DNA of 64,000 nucleotides from Macrostomum hystrix (taxonomy: Eukaryota; Animalia; Platyhelminthes). The notes below the pieces were generated by a model that worked only from the letters and a program-made list of their open reading frames with translations, ran no database searches and was not told the DNA's origin. Numbering within the stretch: the stretch's first letter is position 1; each line of letters opens with the position of its first letter. The position numbers and the translations under genes were made by a program. Where the stretch lies: NCBI GenBank assembly GCA_950097015.1, contig CATNEN010000001.1, positions 6,944,001 to 7,008,000 of the forward strand, read 5' to 3'. This document shows positions 13,717 to 24,933 of this stretch, one piece after another.

Positions 13717-13956
13717 CAGAGGCAGATTTAGGGGGGGGGCGGGGGGGCAGTCGCCCCCCTAAATTTTAATCATGGGAATAAGATGCCCCCACCAGCCGCT
13801 GGCGCACCTTTTTCAGCCGCTGGCTCCCGTTTTTCAGCCGCTGGCGCCCTTTCTTGGCTCCTGGCGCCCTTTTTCGGCCGCTGGCACCCCCTCTGTGATT
13901 CTCATGGCGCTCCCCTGACAGACCGCCCCAAAACAAAATTCCTGGATCTGCCACTG
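13717..13956. mobile_element. hAT-like MITE nested in Helitron 2
   Basis: Imperfect TIRs cagaggcagatttagg / cctggatctgccactg flanked by the 8-bp TSD actgtata. Confidence 0.85.
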
Positions 13957-14839
13957 ACTGTATAGAGGAGTGGCTAAGAGACATGTTTCTAAAGAAGTAA
14001 TCAAGAGGGGGCTGTTTGGACAAACTTTTCACTTATTTTTTACTTAAAACGCCCTTAAACAAACTCTTCACTTTTCATTAATGCAGTAAATAAATAAATG
14101 GTGACCTTCACTATAAAGTTAATACAGAGACGTGAATTGCTTACTGCTTTGCTTTAAATTTCTGCCCCAAAAACAACGGGCAAAAAAAGCTAGTATCTAT
14201 ATATATAAAAGTGAAAACTCTGTCTGTCTGTCTGTCTGTCTGTGTGCAACCTTTTGTCTTTATAGACGCCGAAACCGCTCAACCAAATCGCACCAAACTT
14301 TGCACATACCTAAAACCACCTACGCTGAGTGCAATAGGCTACTCAAATTCCCGAAAAATCATTTCCTTCCTGCTCAAAAGTGCAAAAAACTGCTCAAAAA
14401 TCGTCAAAAAATCACTCAATTTGACATATCGTCGCCCCACTTTGTCAGATTTTCTCCAAATTTGATCCACTTACACTTTACATGTTTTCCAACAATGCTG
14501 TCAATTTTGAACATCTCTACTCAATCCAGAGCAAAGCTGCATCATCTCAAAGTGAGTCACTTTTTGTTTTCCGAGGACAGCCACCCCAACTCCCCTCCGC
14601 CACTCTGCGGGCCAAATTTTATTACAGCCACCCCCTCCCTTCCCCGGGCGCCGAAGCCCCAGACTGTACATTGTATTTCAAGCCGTGAATGTACACAGCC
14701 CAAACCCCTAGATTGTCTACTGGCCCCCAAGCAGCACTGAGACTGAGTGCGGTGAGTGCGGTGGCGTCCCAGTGCGCAGGGCGATATTTCTCTCCAGCCA
14801 GCCTGGGATAGAAGAAAGAGAGAGGCTGGCGATCAACTG

Positions 14840-15796
14840 ATGGGTGGTGTCACTCTGCTGCTGTCTGGAGACTTTAGACAGACGCTGCCTGTGATTCCGC
14901 GTGGCACTCCTGCTGATGAGATTAATGCTTGCCTAAAATCATCTCACCTGTGGCCATCGGTTGTGAAGTTGCACCTACGAACAAACATGAGAGCTACAAT
15001 TCAAGGAGACGAAACAGCTCATGAGTTCTCTGCCAATCTATTGCGAATCGGCAATGGTCTGCTGGAGATTAGCACCGAGGATGGGCAGTCATCGATCGCT
15101 ACAATCGGAACCATTGTGCAGTCAGTGCAGGAGCTCAAGGCAAAAGTTTACCCGAACCTGATGGTTCGATATGCTGACGTTGACTGGCTGTCAGAGAGGG
15201 CAATTCTGTGTCCTAGAAATGATGCCGCCAACGAAATTAACTACCAACTGCTTCAGGAGTTGCCAGGTGCAGTTTTCACCTACAAGTCAATTGATACAAC
15301 GTTGACTGATGACACCGCTGTGGAGTATCCTGTTGAGTTTCTGAACTCTCTAGATCCTCCTGGAACTCCATCGCACAACTTGCAGCTGAAAGTTGGGGCA
15401 CCAATTATGCTCCTCCGCAACCTGAATGCGCCAAGGCTGTGTAACGGCACCAGACTGATAGTCAGGCGGCTCTTCCCACACGTGATTGAGGCCACGATAA
15501 TGACTGGATCTGGCAGAGGAGAGTCTGTGTTCGTTCCCCGGATTCCAATTATCCCCACGGACCTGCCATTTCAGTTCAAGCGACTGCAGTTCCCTGTGAG
15601 AGTGTGCTTTGCGATGACTATTAACAAGGCTCAGGGACAGTCGCTGAAGGTAGCTGGCATCAACCTGGAGACTCCTTGCTTCTCGCATGGGCAGCTTTAT
15701 GTCGCCTGCTCCCGTGTTGGAACTCCAGCTGGCCTATTCATTTTCGCACCAAGGGGAAGAACGAAGAATGTGGTGTATCCCCAGGCCTTGAGGTGA
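14840..15796 (+). pseudogene. Helitron PIF1-family helicase C-terminal ORF, second copy
   Basis: Almost identical to 12608-13564. Confidence 0.88.
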
Positions 15797-15948
15797 CTCG
15801 CAAGCAATTAATAGAAAAGTAGTCACGAATTGACCTTGACCTGTCTAACTCTGAACTCTGAAACAGTTTAATTTTGTTTCTTTGACATTGTTATTGTTAT
15901 GCCATGGCTATTTTCCTTATGTATACGCGTGTACATGCATACTGTATA

Positions 15949-16191
15949 CAGAGGCAGATTTAGGGGGGAGGGGTGGGGGGGCAGTCGCCCCCCTCAATTT
16001 TAATCATGGAAATAAGATGCCCCTTTTCGGCCGCTGGCGCCCCTTTTTCAGCCGCTGGCTCCCGTTTTTCAGCCGCTGGCGCCCTTTCTTGGCTCCTGGC
16101 GCCCTTTTTCGGCCGCTGGCACCCACTCTGTGATTCTCATGGCGCTCCCCTGACAGACCGCCCCAAAACAAAATTCCTGGATCTGCCACTG
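15949..16191. mobile_element. hAT-like MITE nested in Helitron 3
   Basis: Same TIRs and actgtata TSD. Confidence 0.85.
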
Positions 16192-16428
16192 ACTGTATAG
16201 AGGAGTGGCTAAGAGACATGTTTCTAAAGAAGTAATCAAGAGGGGGCTGTTTGGACAAACTTTTCACTTATTTTTTACTTAAAACGCCCTTAAACAAACT
16301 CTTCACTTTTCATTAATGCAGTAAATGAATATATGGTGACCTTCACTATAAAGTTAATACAGAGACGTGAATTGCTTACTGCTTTGCTTTAAATTTCTGC
16401 CCCAGAAACAACGGGCAAAAAAAGCTAG

Positions 16429-16970
16429 TCTATATATATAAAAGTGAAAACTCTGTCTGTCTGTGTGTGTGTGTGTGTGTGTGTGTGCAACCTTTTGTCT
16501 TTATAGACGCCGAAACCGCTCAACTAAATCGCACCAAACTTTGCACATACCTAAAACCACCTACGCTGAGTGCAATAGGCTACTCAAATTCCCGAAAAAT
16601 CATTTCCTTCCTGCTCAAAAGTGCAAAAAACTGCTCAAAAATCGTCAAAAAATCACTCAATTCGACATATCGTCGCCCCACTTTGTCAGATTTTCTCCAA
16701 ATTTGATCCACTTACACTTTACATGTTTTCCAACAATGCTGTCAATTTTGAACATCTCTACTCAATCCAGAGCAAAGCTGCATCATCTCAAAGTGAGTCA
16801 CTTTTTGTTTTCCGAGGACAGCCACCCCAACTCCCCTCCGCCACTCTGCGGGCCAAATTTTATTACAGCCACCCCCTCCCTTCCCCGGGCGCCGAAGCCC
16901 CAGACTGTACATTGTATTTCAAGCCGTGAATGTACACAGCCCAAACCCCTAGACTGTCTACTGGCCCCCC
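16429..16970 (+). mobile_element. Helitron derivative 4, 5' part only
   Basis: TC start abuts the CTAG of unit 3. Homology stops at ctactggcccc. Confidence 0.9.
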
Positions 16971-17134
16971 ATCTAACGGCCGCCGGCTAGCCGACACTTC
17001 CACTAGTCAAAAAATACTCGGCTAGCCGGGTGATTCCACGTGGACCCACGGGGGGCTAGCCTTACTGGCGGTGGCCTTGGGGGAATTGCATTCCTAACCC
17101 ACGTGCATGTAGTAAGAAACTATATAAATAACTT

Positions 17135-18066
17135 ATTTCCAAACATATAGGGAAGCCATTTTTACGGCGTAGTATAGAATAACTTCGACTAAGTAGCTCA
17201 ATGAGATACATGAGATACATACATGACAAGGCCATTTTTCAAAAGAAACCAAACTAGAATCCTTGTCCCTAGAACTCAAAGAACTCGATATGGAAAACTC
17301 TTGCATAATGAATTATAGCTTTTTGGCTAGAACGGCAAGAACTATATACAACACAGGCATATATGCATTTTAGAAATGAAATAGATGACAGATTAATAGA
17401 AAGGAGGAATGAAAAGAAAAAATGACAAAAAGTGAAAAAGTTTTATTTCGTCAATTACAATAATCAGTAGTGGTTGGTAATCGAGCTAGGGACCTTCCGC
17501 ATGCGAGGATTCAGCGCTACTCAACAATCTACACAGGGGAAAGGGAAAAAGGGAAAAAATATTATTATACTGGCTGGCCATAACACTAGCCATTTCTAGA
17601 CATTTCCAAACATATAGGGAAGCCATTTTTACGGCGTAGTGTAGAATAACTTCGACTAAGTAGCTCAATGAGATACATGAGATACATACATGACAAAGCC
17701 ATTTTTCAAAAGAAACCAAACTTGTCCCTAGAACTCGAAAGAACTCGAAGCAGTGGCGAACGAATTTCGTATATGGAAAACTCTTGCATAATGAATTATA
17801 TCTTTTTGGCTAGAACGGCAAGAACTATAATACAACACAGGCATATTATATGCATTTTAGAAATGAAATAGATGACAGATCAATAGAAAAGAGGAATGAA
17901 AAGAATAAATGACAAAAAGTGATAAGTTTTATTTCGTCAATTACAAAAATCAAATGTTATTGGTAATCGAGCTAGGGACCTTCCGCATGCAAGGATTCAG
18001 CGCTACTCAACAATCTACACGGACTTGATAGAAGTGAAGGGAAAAAATGTTATTATACTGGCTGGT
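17135..18066. repeat. Tandem duplication of a ~467-bp AT-rich unit (2 copies)
   Basis: atttccaaacatatagggaagccatttttacggcgtagt recurs at ~17135 and ~17602 with colinear downstream sequence. Confidence 0.85.
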
Positions 18067-18185
18067 AGAAAGCCCAACTTAAAAGTTCTTTATCGTTCTT
18101 AATCGTTCTTTCATTCTTATTTATTCTATACCGTAACAGTTGAACCTAAAATCTGTAATTTAGAAGATACAAGAGAGAATAAGTA

Positions 18186-19802
18186 TCTATATATATAAAA
18201 GTGAAAACTCTGTCTGTCTGTGTGTGTGTGTGTGTGTGTGCAACCTTTTGTCTTTATAGACGCCGAAACCGCTCAACCAAATCGCACCAAACTTTGCACA
18301 TACCTAAAACCACCTACGCTGAGTGCAATAGGCTACTCAAATTCCCGAAAAATAAAAAAAACTAACCCCTAGCCCAAAACTAGCCCAAACCCCTAGACTG
18401 TCTACTGGCCCCCAAGCAGCACTGAGACTGAGTGCGGTGAGTGCGGTGGCGTCCCAGTGCGCAGGGCTCTCCGGTCGATATTTCTCTCCAGCCAGCCTGG
18501 GATAGAAGAAAGAGAGAGGCTGGTGTTGACTGGCTGTCAGACAATTCTGTGTCCTAGAAATGATGCCGCCAACGAAATTAACTACCAACTGCTTCAGGAG
18601 TTGCCAGGTGCAGTTTTCACCTACAAGTCAATTGATACAACGTTGACTGATGACACCGCTGTGGAGTATCCTGTTGAGTTTCTGAACTCTCTAGATCCTC
18701 CTGGAACTCCATCGCACAACTTGCAGCTGAAAGTTGGGGCACCAATTATGCTCCTCCGCAACCTGAATGCGCCAAGGCTGTGTAACGGCACCAGACTGAT
18801 AGTCAGGCGGCTCTTCCCACACGTGATTGAGGCCACGATAATGACTGGATCTGGCAGAGGAGAGTCAGTTCGTTTCAATTCGGATTCCAATTATCCCCAC
18901 GGACCTGCCATTTCAGTTCAAGCGACTGCAGTTCCCTGTGAGAGTGTGCTTTGCGATGACTATTAACAAGGCTCAGGGACAGTCGCTGAAGGTGGCTGGC
19001 ATCAACCTGGAGACTCCTTGCTTCTCGCATGGGCAGCTTTATGTCGCCTGCTCCCGTGTTGGAACTCCAGCTGGCCTATTCATTTTCGCACCAAGGGGAA
19101 GAACGAAGAATGTGGTGTATCCCCAGGCCTTGAGGTGACTCGCAAGCAATTAATAGAAAAGTAGTCACGAATTGACCTTGACCTGTCTAACTCTGAACTC
19201 TGAAACAGTTTAATTTTGTTTCTTTGACATTGTTATTGTTATGCCATGGCTATTTTCCTTATGTATACGCGTGTACATTCATACTGTATACAGAGGCAGA
19301 TTTAGGGGGGGTGGCGGGGGGGCAGTCGCCCCCCTAAATTTTAATCATGGGAATAAGATGCCCCCACCAGGGGCGCCAGTCGCAGCACTGGCGCCCCTTT
19401 TCGGCCGCTGGCGCCCCTTTTTCAGCCGCTGGCTCCCGTTTTTCAGCCGCTGGCGCCCTTTCTTGGCTCCTGGCGCCCTTTTTCGGCCGCTGGCACCCCC
19501 TCTGTGATTCTCATGGCGCTCCCCTGACAGACCGCCCCAAAACAAAATTCCTGGATCTGCCACTGACTGTATAGAGGAGTGGCTAAGAGACATGTTTCTA
19601 AAGAAGTAATCAAGAGGGGGCTGTTTGGACAAACTTTTCACATATTTTTTACTTAAAACGCCCTTAAACAAACTCTTCACTTTTCATTAATGCAGTAAAT
19701 AAATAAATGGTGACCTTCACTATAAAGTTAATACAGAGACGTGAATTGCTTACTGCTTTGCTTTAAATTTCTGCCCCAAAAACAACGGGCAAAAAAAGCT
19801 AA
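18186..19802 (+). mobile_element. Helitron derivative 5 (shorter helicase fragment, frameshifted)
   Basis: A|TC start; hairpin and CTAA|T end, consistent with an AT target site. Helicase fragments at 18540-19138. Confidence 0.92.
19291..19565. mobile_element. hAT-like MITE nested in Helitron 5 (longest version)
   Basis: Same TIRs and actgtata TSD. Confidence 0.85.
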
Positions 19803-19921
19803 TAATATACATTACATAGCCTGTAAGAAACCAACACAGCAAAAAACTCTCTTAACATGCTCACTGGGATCAGTATCGAGATCTACATTCGGATCGGTAT
19901 CTCAGGTGTGACCAGCAACCT

Positions 19922-20585
19922 GGTTGAGAGGAAAATGTACAGGGTGGGAAGAAGATGTGGAGGGTGAGAGGAAGATGTGCAGGGTGGGAGGAAGATGTGC
20001 AGGGTGGGAGGAAGATGTGCAGGGTGTGAGGAAGATGTGCAGGGTGAGAGGAAAATGTGCAGGGTGTGAGGAAGATGTGCAGGGTGAGAGGAAGATGTGC
20101 AGGGTGTGAGGAAGATGTGTAGGGTGTGAGGAAGATGTGCAGGGTGAGAGGAAGATGTGCAGGGTGAAAGGAAGATGTGCAGGGTGTGAGGAAGATGTGC
20201 AGGGTGAGAGGAAGATGTGCAGGGTGTGAGGAAGATGTGTAGGGTGTGAGGAAGATGTGCAGGGTGTAAGGAAGATGTGCAGGGTGTGAGGAAGATGTGC
20301 AGGGTGAGAGGAAGATGTGCAGGGTGTGAGGAAGATGTGTAGGGTGTGAGGAAGATGTGCAGGGTGAGAGGAAGATGTGCAGGGTGAGAGGAAGATGTGC
20401 AGGGTGTGAGGAAGATGTGCCGGGTGAGAGGAAGATATGCAGGGTGTGAGGAAGATGTGCAGGGTGAGAGGAAGATGTGCAGGGTGTGAGGAAGATGTGC
20501 AGGGTGAGAAGAAGATGTGCAGGGTGAGATCGAGGAAGATGCGCAGCTAGGGTGAGAGGAAAATTTTCAGGGTTAGAGGAATATG
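19922..20585. repeat. 20-bp minisatellite (agggtgtgaggaagatgtgc)n
   Basis: About 30 tandem copies. Confidence 0.97.
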
Positions 20586-20971
20586 TGAATGTTGGGGGTA
20601 AAATGTGCATAGTGAGTAGCTTTTGTAGTCGGATTTTGTATGGTTAAGAGAATTTAGAAGATTTAGATTATGTATTTTTATAGTTTACGCTCGTAGAACT
20701 ACTCGTAGTTTTACAGAAATCTCGGCTACACATTCAATTACTTTGTTGCCTGATAATTTTCAGTGGCACATCTTGGATTCGTTTTAGTTAGCTCAAATGC
20801 TGGATTTGAATTGGCACATCTACAAATGAGTTGGCAATAGAGGCAGGTTCATTGTGCTTTCTAGGACCCCCCTTTCTGATGCTTTAGGCTCACAGTCATT
20901 GTTAAAATTTTAGCAAAAATACAAGACGGATTTGAGATTTGAGATTGCTGGAATCCGGTCAAAAATTTCTG

Positions 20972-20979
20972 TATAAATA
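20972..20979 (+). promoter_or_regulatory. Candidate TATA box of the peptide gene
   Basis: TATAAATA about 125 nt upstream of ATG 21100. Confidence 0.4.
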
Positions 20980-21099
20980 GTTTGAGCCAAAAGCTTGGAA
21001 ATCCTCCAAGAATAACTGAGAAGTCAGTCACCTCACAAAGCTGAGAAAAGCAATAGATTTTCAGCGGGGTCAGGACCAAGCTCATACAACTACTCAACC

Positions 21100-21477
21100 A
21101 TGCGAATCGCACTGCAGATCTGCCTGTCTACTGCCCTGCTGCTTGCAGTGATCTGTCTGCAGACATCGGACGCTGCGCCTAACGAGGACCTGGACCTTCA
21201 AGATGCCATAGAAGCCGTTGAAGAGATGAAGAAGCGAGGCCTGCTGGATGACAATGAGCTTGCCGAGGTGAGAATTCATACGATGCTGGCACTATAGAGC
21301 CCTAATAAATTCAAATGCTTTGGAATTGATTGCCTTGCTCATTCTGAAATAACAAATTTCGAATTTCAGGACGAGCCACAGAAGCTGACAAAGAAGTGGC
21401 GACGCATCCGAAGGTTTGTTCGATACGCCAGACAGGCTTATACGGCCTATAAGTTTTTAGGCCCATTGATTGGCTAA
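21100..21477 (+). CDS. Secreted prepropeptide, 91 aa (exons 21100-21267, 21370-21477); putative amidated cationic antimicrobial peptide precursor
   Basis: Signal peptide MRIALQICLSTALLLAVICLQTSDA, then an acidic propiece. A phase-0 intron GAG|gtgaga...tttcag|GAC leads to DEPQKLTKKWRRIRRFVRYARQAYTAYKFLGPLIG-stop. Confidence 0.8.
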
Positions 21478-22437
21478 ACTCCTGGCGCTTATGGAGTTGC
21501 TATTCAGTTATTAACAATCGAATTGACAATTCGATGCAAACAATGTTTTTACCCAAGTTATTTTTCGGTCAAGCTTAGCAACTAGTGTTTTGTTCTAATT
21601 CTATTTACAATCCATACAGTAGTGTTAAAGAATGGTTAACACCAGCCTAATTAATTTGTCGATCTGTGTTGCCTACATTTCTGACCAATTAAATATAGAA
21701 AAGTGAAAAGTCCACAGCAGCCGTCATGCCTTGTGCAGGTGATAAATATTGTACATCGCGCCTCGTATCTTGAGGCTCAAACCATTTTGTCGTTTTCCGA
21801 GTTCTATACATTTTCTTTACTAAATCTACCCCTATACTATTTCTAGTGTGCGAATTCCAATTAATAAACACAGGTCTGCAAAGTTTAGCTGCAGTAAAGA
21901 CCTCTCGACTAAGTAATGGACCATTTGTATTTCAAGGGTATAAAATGCAGGTTGAATATAAAAACGCGAGTAAAAGAAAACGAGGTATGCATTTGCAGAC
22001 ACAAAATATGTTAACAGTGCGCCTCACAAGGCCTCACACGGCCCACCATCGCACGCACCAGCAGGGAGGGCCGGCTCTGGAAGAAAGAAAAACGAAAACA
22101 AATTATAATAACTTGTGCGGTTAAGCGTCTGCTGCAGACGCTTTTAGTGTCTTTTTTGGTTGTTGTGCTAAGAGTCTACGAAATCGGTTTCCTGACCGCA
22201 GCCTGTATGAAGCTCCATATTATTATTAATCTGTTATATTTGGTGCACTGCAAATTTAGCCACCAAAATTAAAAGTTCCTGGCTAAGACTTAAATAAACC
22301 CACAATCACTCTAATCGCTTAGCCTGTTACATCAGTTGGCTGTTCCCAACTTTTAATAATGCTTTTGAAATCTTAATTATCAGCGAAATCAGTCTCGACA
22401 TGTTACTACAAGTAGTCAATCCAGAAGTATCTCTATA

Positions 22438-22572
22438 ATAATGGCAGAGCGGTCAACGCGTTTGCCTCTCGCACCACGGTCCGAAGTTCGATTCCGCGGC
22501 GAGACCACATTCATTTGGGGTGCAGTCGCCGAGAGAATGCTTGGTGGCTTGTCATGCAACCTACAAGGCACA
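22438..22572 (+). mobile_element. 5' part of tRNA-derived SINE family B
   Basis: A-box tggcagagcgg and B-box gttcgattcc. Matches 48028-48150. Confidence 0.8.
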
Positions 22573-23675
22573 GGCGTCATCAGGATACGACCGCTTTGGT
22601 GATGACGCCAGATGGACTGTCGGACCATTTCAGCACGTCGTCAGGCGTGCTGCAGGGTGACACTCTGGCGCCTTTCCTGTTTGTGCTGGCACTGGACTGG
22701 GTGCTGAGGACCGGCCTGCCAAACTCGGACGACGGCTTCCTGCTGAGAAGGCACACGAGTCGGCGGCACCCGGAGAAGCGGCTTTCCGTTCTCGGCTACG
22801 CGGATGACCTCGCGCTTTTGTCATCGACGGCAGAAGGCGCTCAGCGGCTGCTAGATGGCCTTACGGCGGCAGCATCGCGGGTCGGCCTCATGCTGAACGC
22901 GCGGAAGACGGTCGTCTTCACGGTGCCCTCTGACCTGCCTGCCGAGATCAACTATCGAGACGCTGCTGGAGAAGCAATCAGGCTTACCCGCTGCCAGCAG
23001 TTCTTGTACCTCGGCGGCCTCGTGCCAGACGTTGCCGACGACCTGGTGAGGCGACGAGGACTGGCCTGGGCCGCGCTCCGCTCAGTGCGCCCCATACTCC
23101 AATCTGAGGCCCTGGACGACGGGCTCAACGCTCGGCTGTTTCAGGCAGTCGTTGAGACTGTCTTGCTGTATAACGCCGAGACCTGGACCCTGACGGACGC
23201 TTTGGAGAGGCAGCTGAACGCTGCGCATGCGGCCATGCTGCGTGCGGCGTTCGGGGTCCGCAGCGGCCCAGGCAGTGAGACCACTGCCGCGCTCTACGCT
23301 AGGGCGCGCCTGACGCGGCCTTCTGACCTGCTGCGCGGGCGGCGACTTCGACTGGCTGGCCACGTCATCCGGTCGGAGGCCCGCTGCCCTGAGCCACTAC
23401 ACGACGTGCTGCTGCTCAAGCTGCAGGGACCGCGCAGGCGAGGCCAAGGGCGAACGGCGAGATTTCCTGAACGGCTTCTGAGTGATGCTGGCGCCCCGGA
23501 CCAAGCTAGCGGGTGTGACTTTTTGAGATCGTTGGCCCAGAAACGCGCTCTCTGACTGCTCTCCCCCTCTCTGGCCACTGCGTGGCTGGCGGGAGCAGTT
23601 CTTTGTTGTTGTTGTTGTTGTCGCCGCGGTCACCAGCCGTCGGCTCTGGTTGGTGTGCCTCGCTGAAGAGTAAGA
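22573..23675 (+). mobile_element. 5'-truncated RTE-like non-LTR retrotransposon (RT C-terminal half plus 3' UTR)
   Basis: GVLQGDTLAPFLF, LGYADDLALL, GLMLNARKT, FLYLG, LLYNAETWTL, RRLRLAGHVIR. Frame is open to the stop at 23555. Confidence 0.9.
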
Positions 23676-24179
23676 ACACGACATGCTGTTGTTTGTCTAC
23701 ACAATGATTTCTCGTGAATTTGTCCGCCGACAATTTCCGATTGGTGTCAAAGCATTTTTGCGTATTCGCTAACCACAGGCACACACCTTGATGTTAGGTG
23801 ATAGACAGCATGACCAGATTAATCAGCCATAGACAAAAATTGATGGCAACGAAAGCTTAATTTTGTAAGTTATGCTCGTATTTGTATCAACTTGTATTTC
23901 TGGATCTCAAAGTGAACCTAAAAAATATATTTTATTATGAAGCATTTAGCAGAGAAATTAACGACTATTCGGTTCTTAAATTGGCGTCGTCATAAAAGAA
24001 CCAGAAGCTTTCCTGATGACACGTTGCTAACAGTCGATAGAAAACACTCGTTTGAGACTGTTCTCACTGACTGTGACAACTGTCAGTCTGAGCCAGTGGG
24101 TGAAATGGTAGCCAGCGGTAGTCATATTGGCTCTGGTGAGAACAATATTCTTTGTCAAGCGGAGTTAGATTACCTGATT

Positions 24180-24710
24180 TGTGTTAGACATGTGTTGTTA
24201 GACATGTGTTGTTAGACAGTCTAACGCGTGTTGGTGTTAGACAGTCTAAGGTGTGTTGGTGTTAGACAGCCTAAGGTGAGTTGGTGTTAGACAGCCTAAG
24301 GTGTGTTGGTGTTAGACAGCCTAAGGTGTGTTGACCAGTGTTAGACAGTCTAAGGTGTGTTGGTGTTAGACAGTCTAAGGTGTGTTGGTGTTAGACAGTC
24401 CAAGGTGTGTTGGTGTTAGACAGTCTAAGGTGTGTTGGTGTTAGACAGTCTAAGGTGTGTTGGTGTTAGACAGTCTAAGGTGTGTTGGTGTTAGACAGCC
24501 TAAGGTGTGTTGACCAGTGTTAGACAGTCTAAGGTGTGTTGGTGTTAGACAGTCTAAGGTGTGTTGGTGTTAGACAGTCTAAGGTGTGTTGGTGTTAGAC
24601 AGTCTAAGGTGTGTTGGTGTTAGACAGTCTAAGGTGTGTTGGTGTTAGACAGTCTAAGGTGTGTTGGTGTTAGACAGTCTAAGGTGTGTTGGTGTTAGAC
24701 AGTCTAAGGT
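24180..24710. repeat. 25-bp minisatellite (gtgttagacagtctaaggtgtgttg)n
   Basis: About 20 tandem copies. Confidence 0.96.
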
Positions 24711-24933
24711 ATTTCTGCATGCTACTCTAAGTATCAGGTTTTCATTGTCGTCAATTTGCGTACATCTGGATGATAACTGGGGATAACTGAAGAACGGATC
24801 TGATTGGTTGTGGAAAATGTCATGTGATTATTTATAAGTAGAACATTACTAGTAGAGCATGGCCAAGTTGCAGATTCTAGATTATAACCGAAATATTCTT
24901 TCAAGTGTCTCATTGCTAATTGATAACTATGAA

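Larger units (their letters stand above)
11960..14193 (+). mobile_element. Helitron derivative 2 (C-terminal half of PIF1-like helicase)
   Basis: TC start abuts the CTAG of unit 1. ORF 12608-13564. Hairpin plus CTAG end. Confidence 0.93.
14196..16428 (+). mobile_element. Helitron derivative 3, near-identical to unit 2
   Basis: Same termini, same deletion junction, same helicase ORF (14840-15796). Confidence 0.93.
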
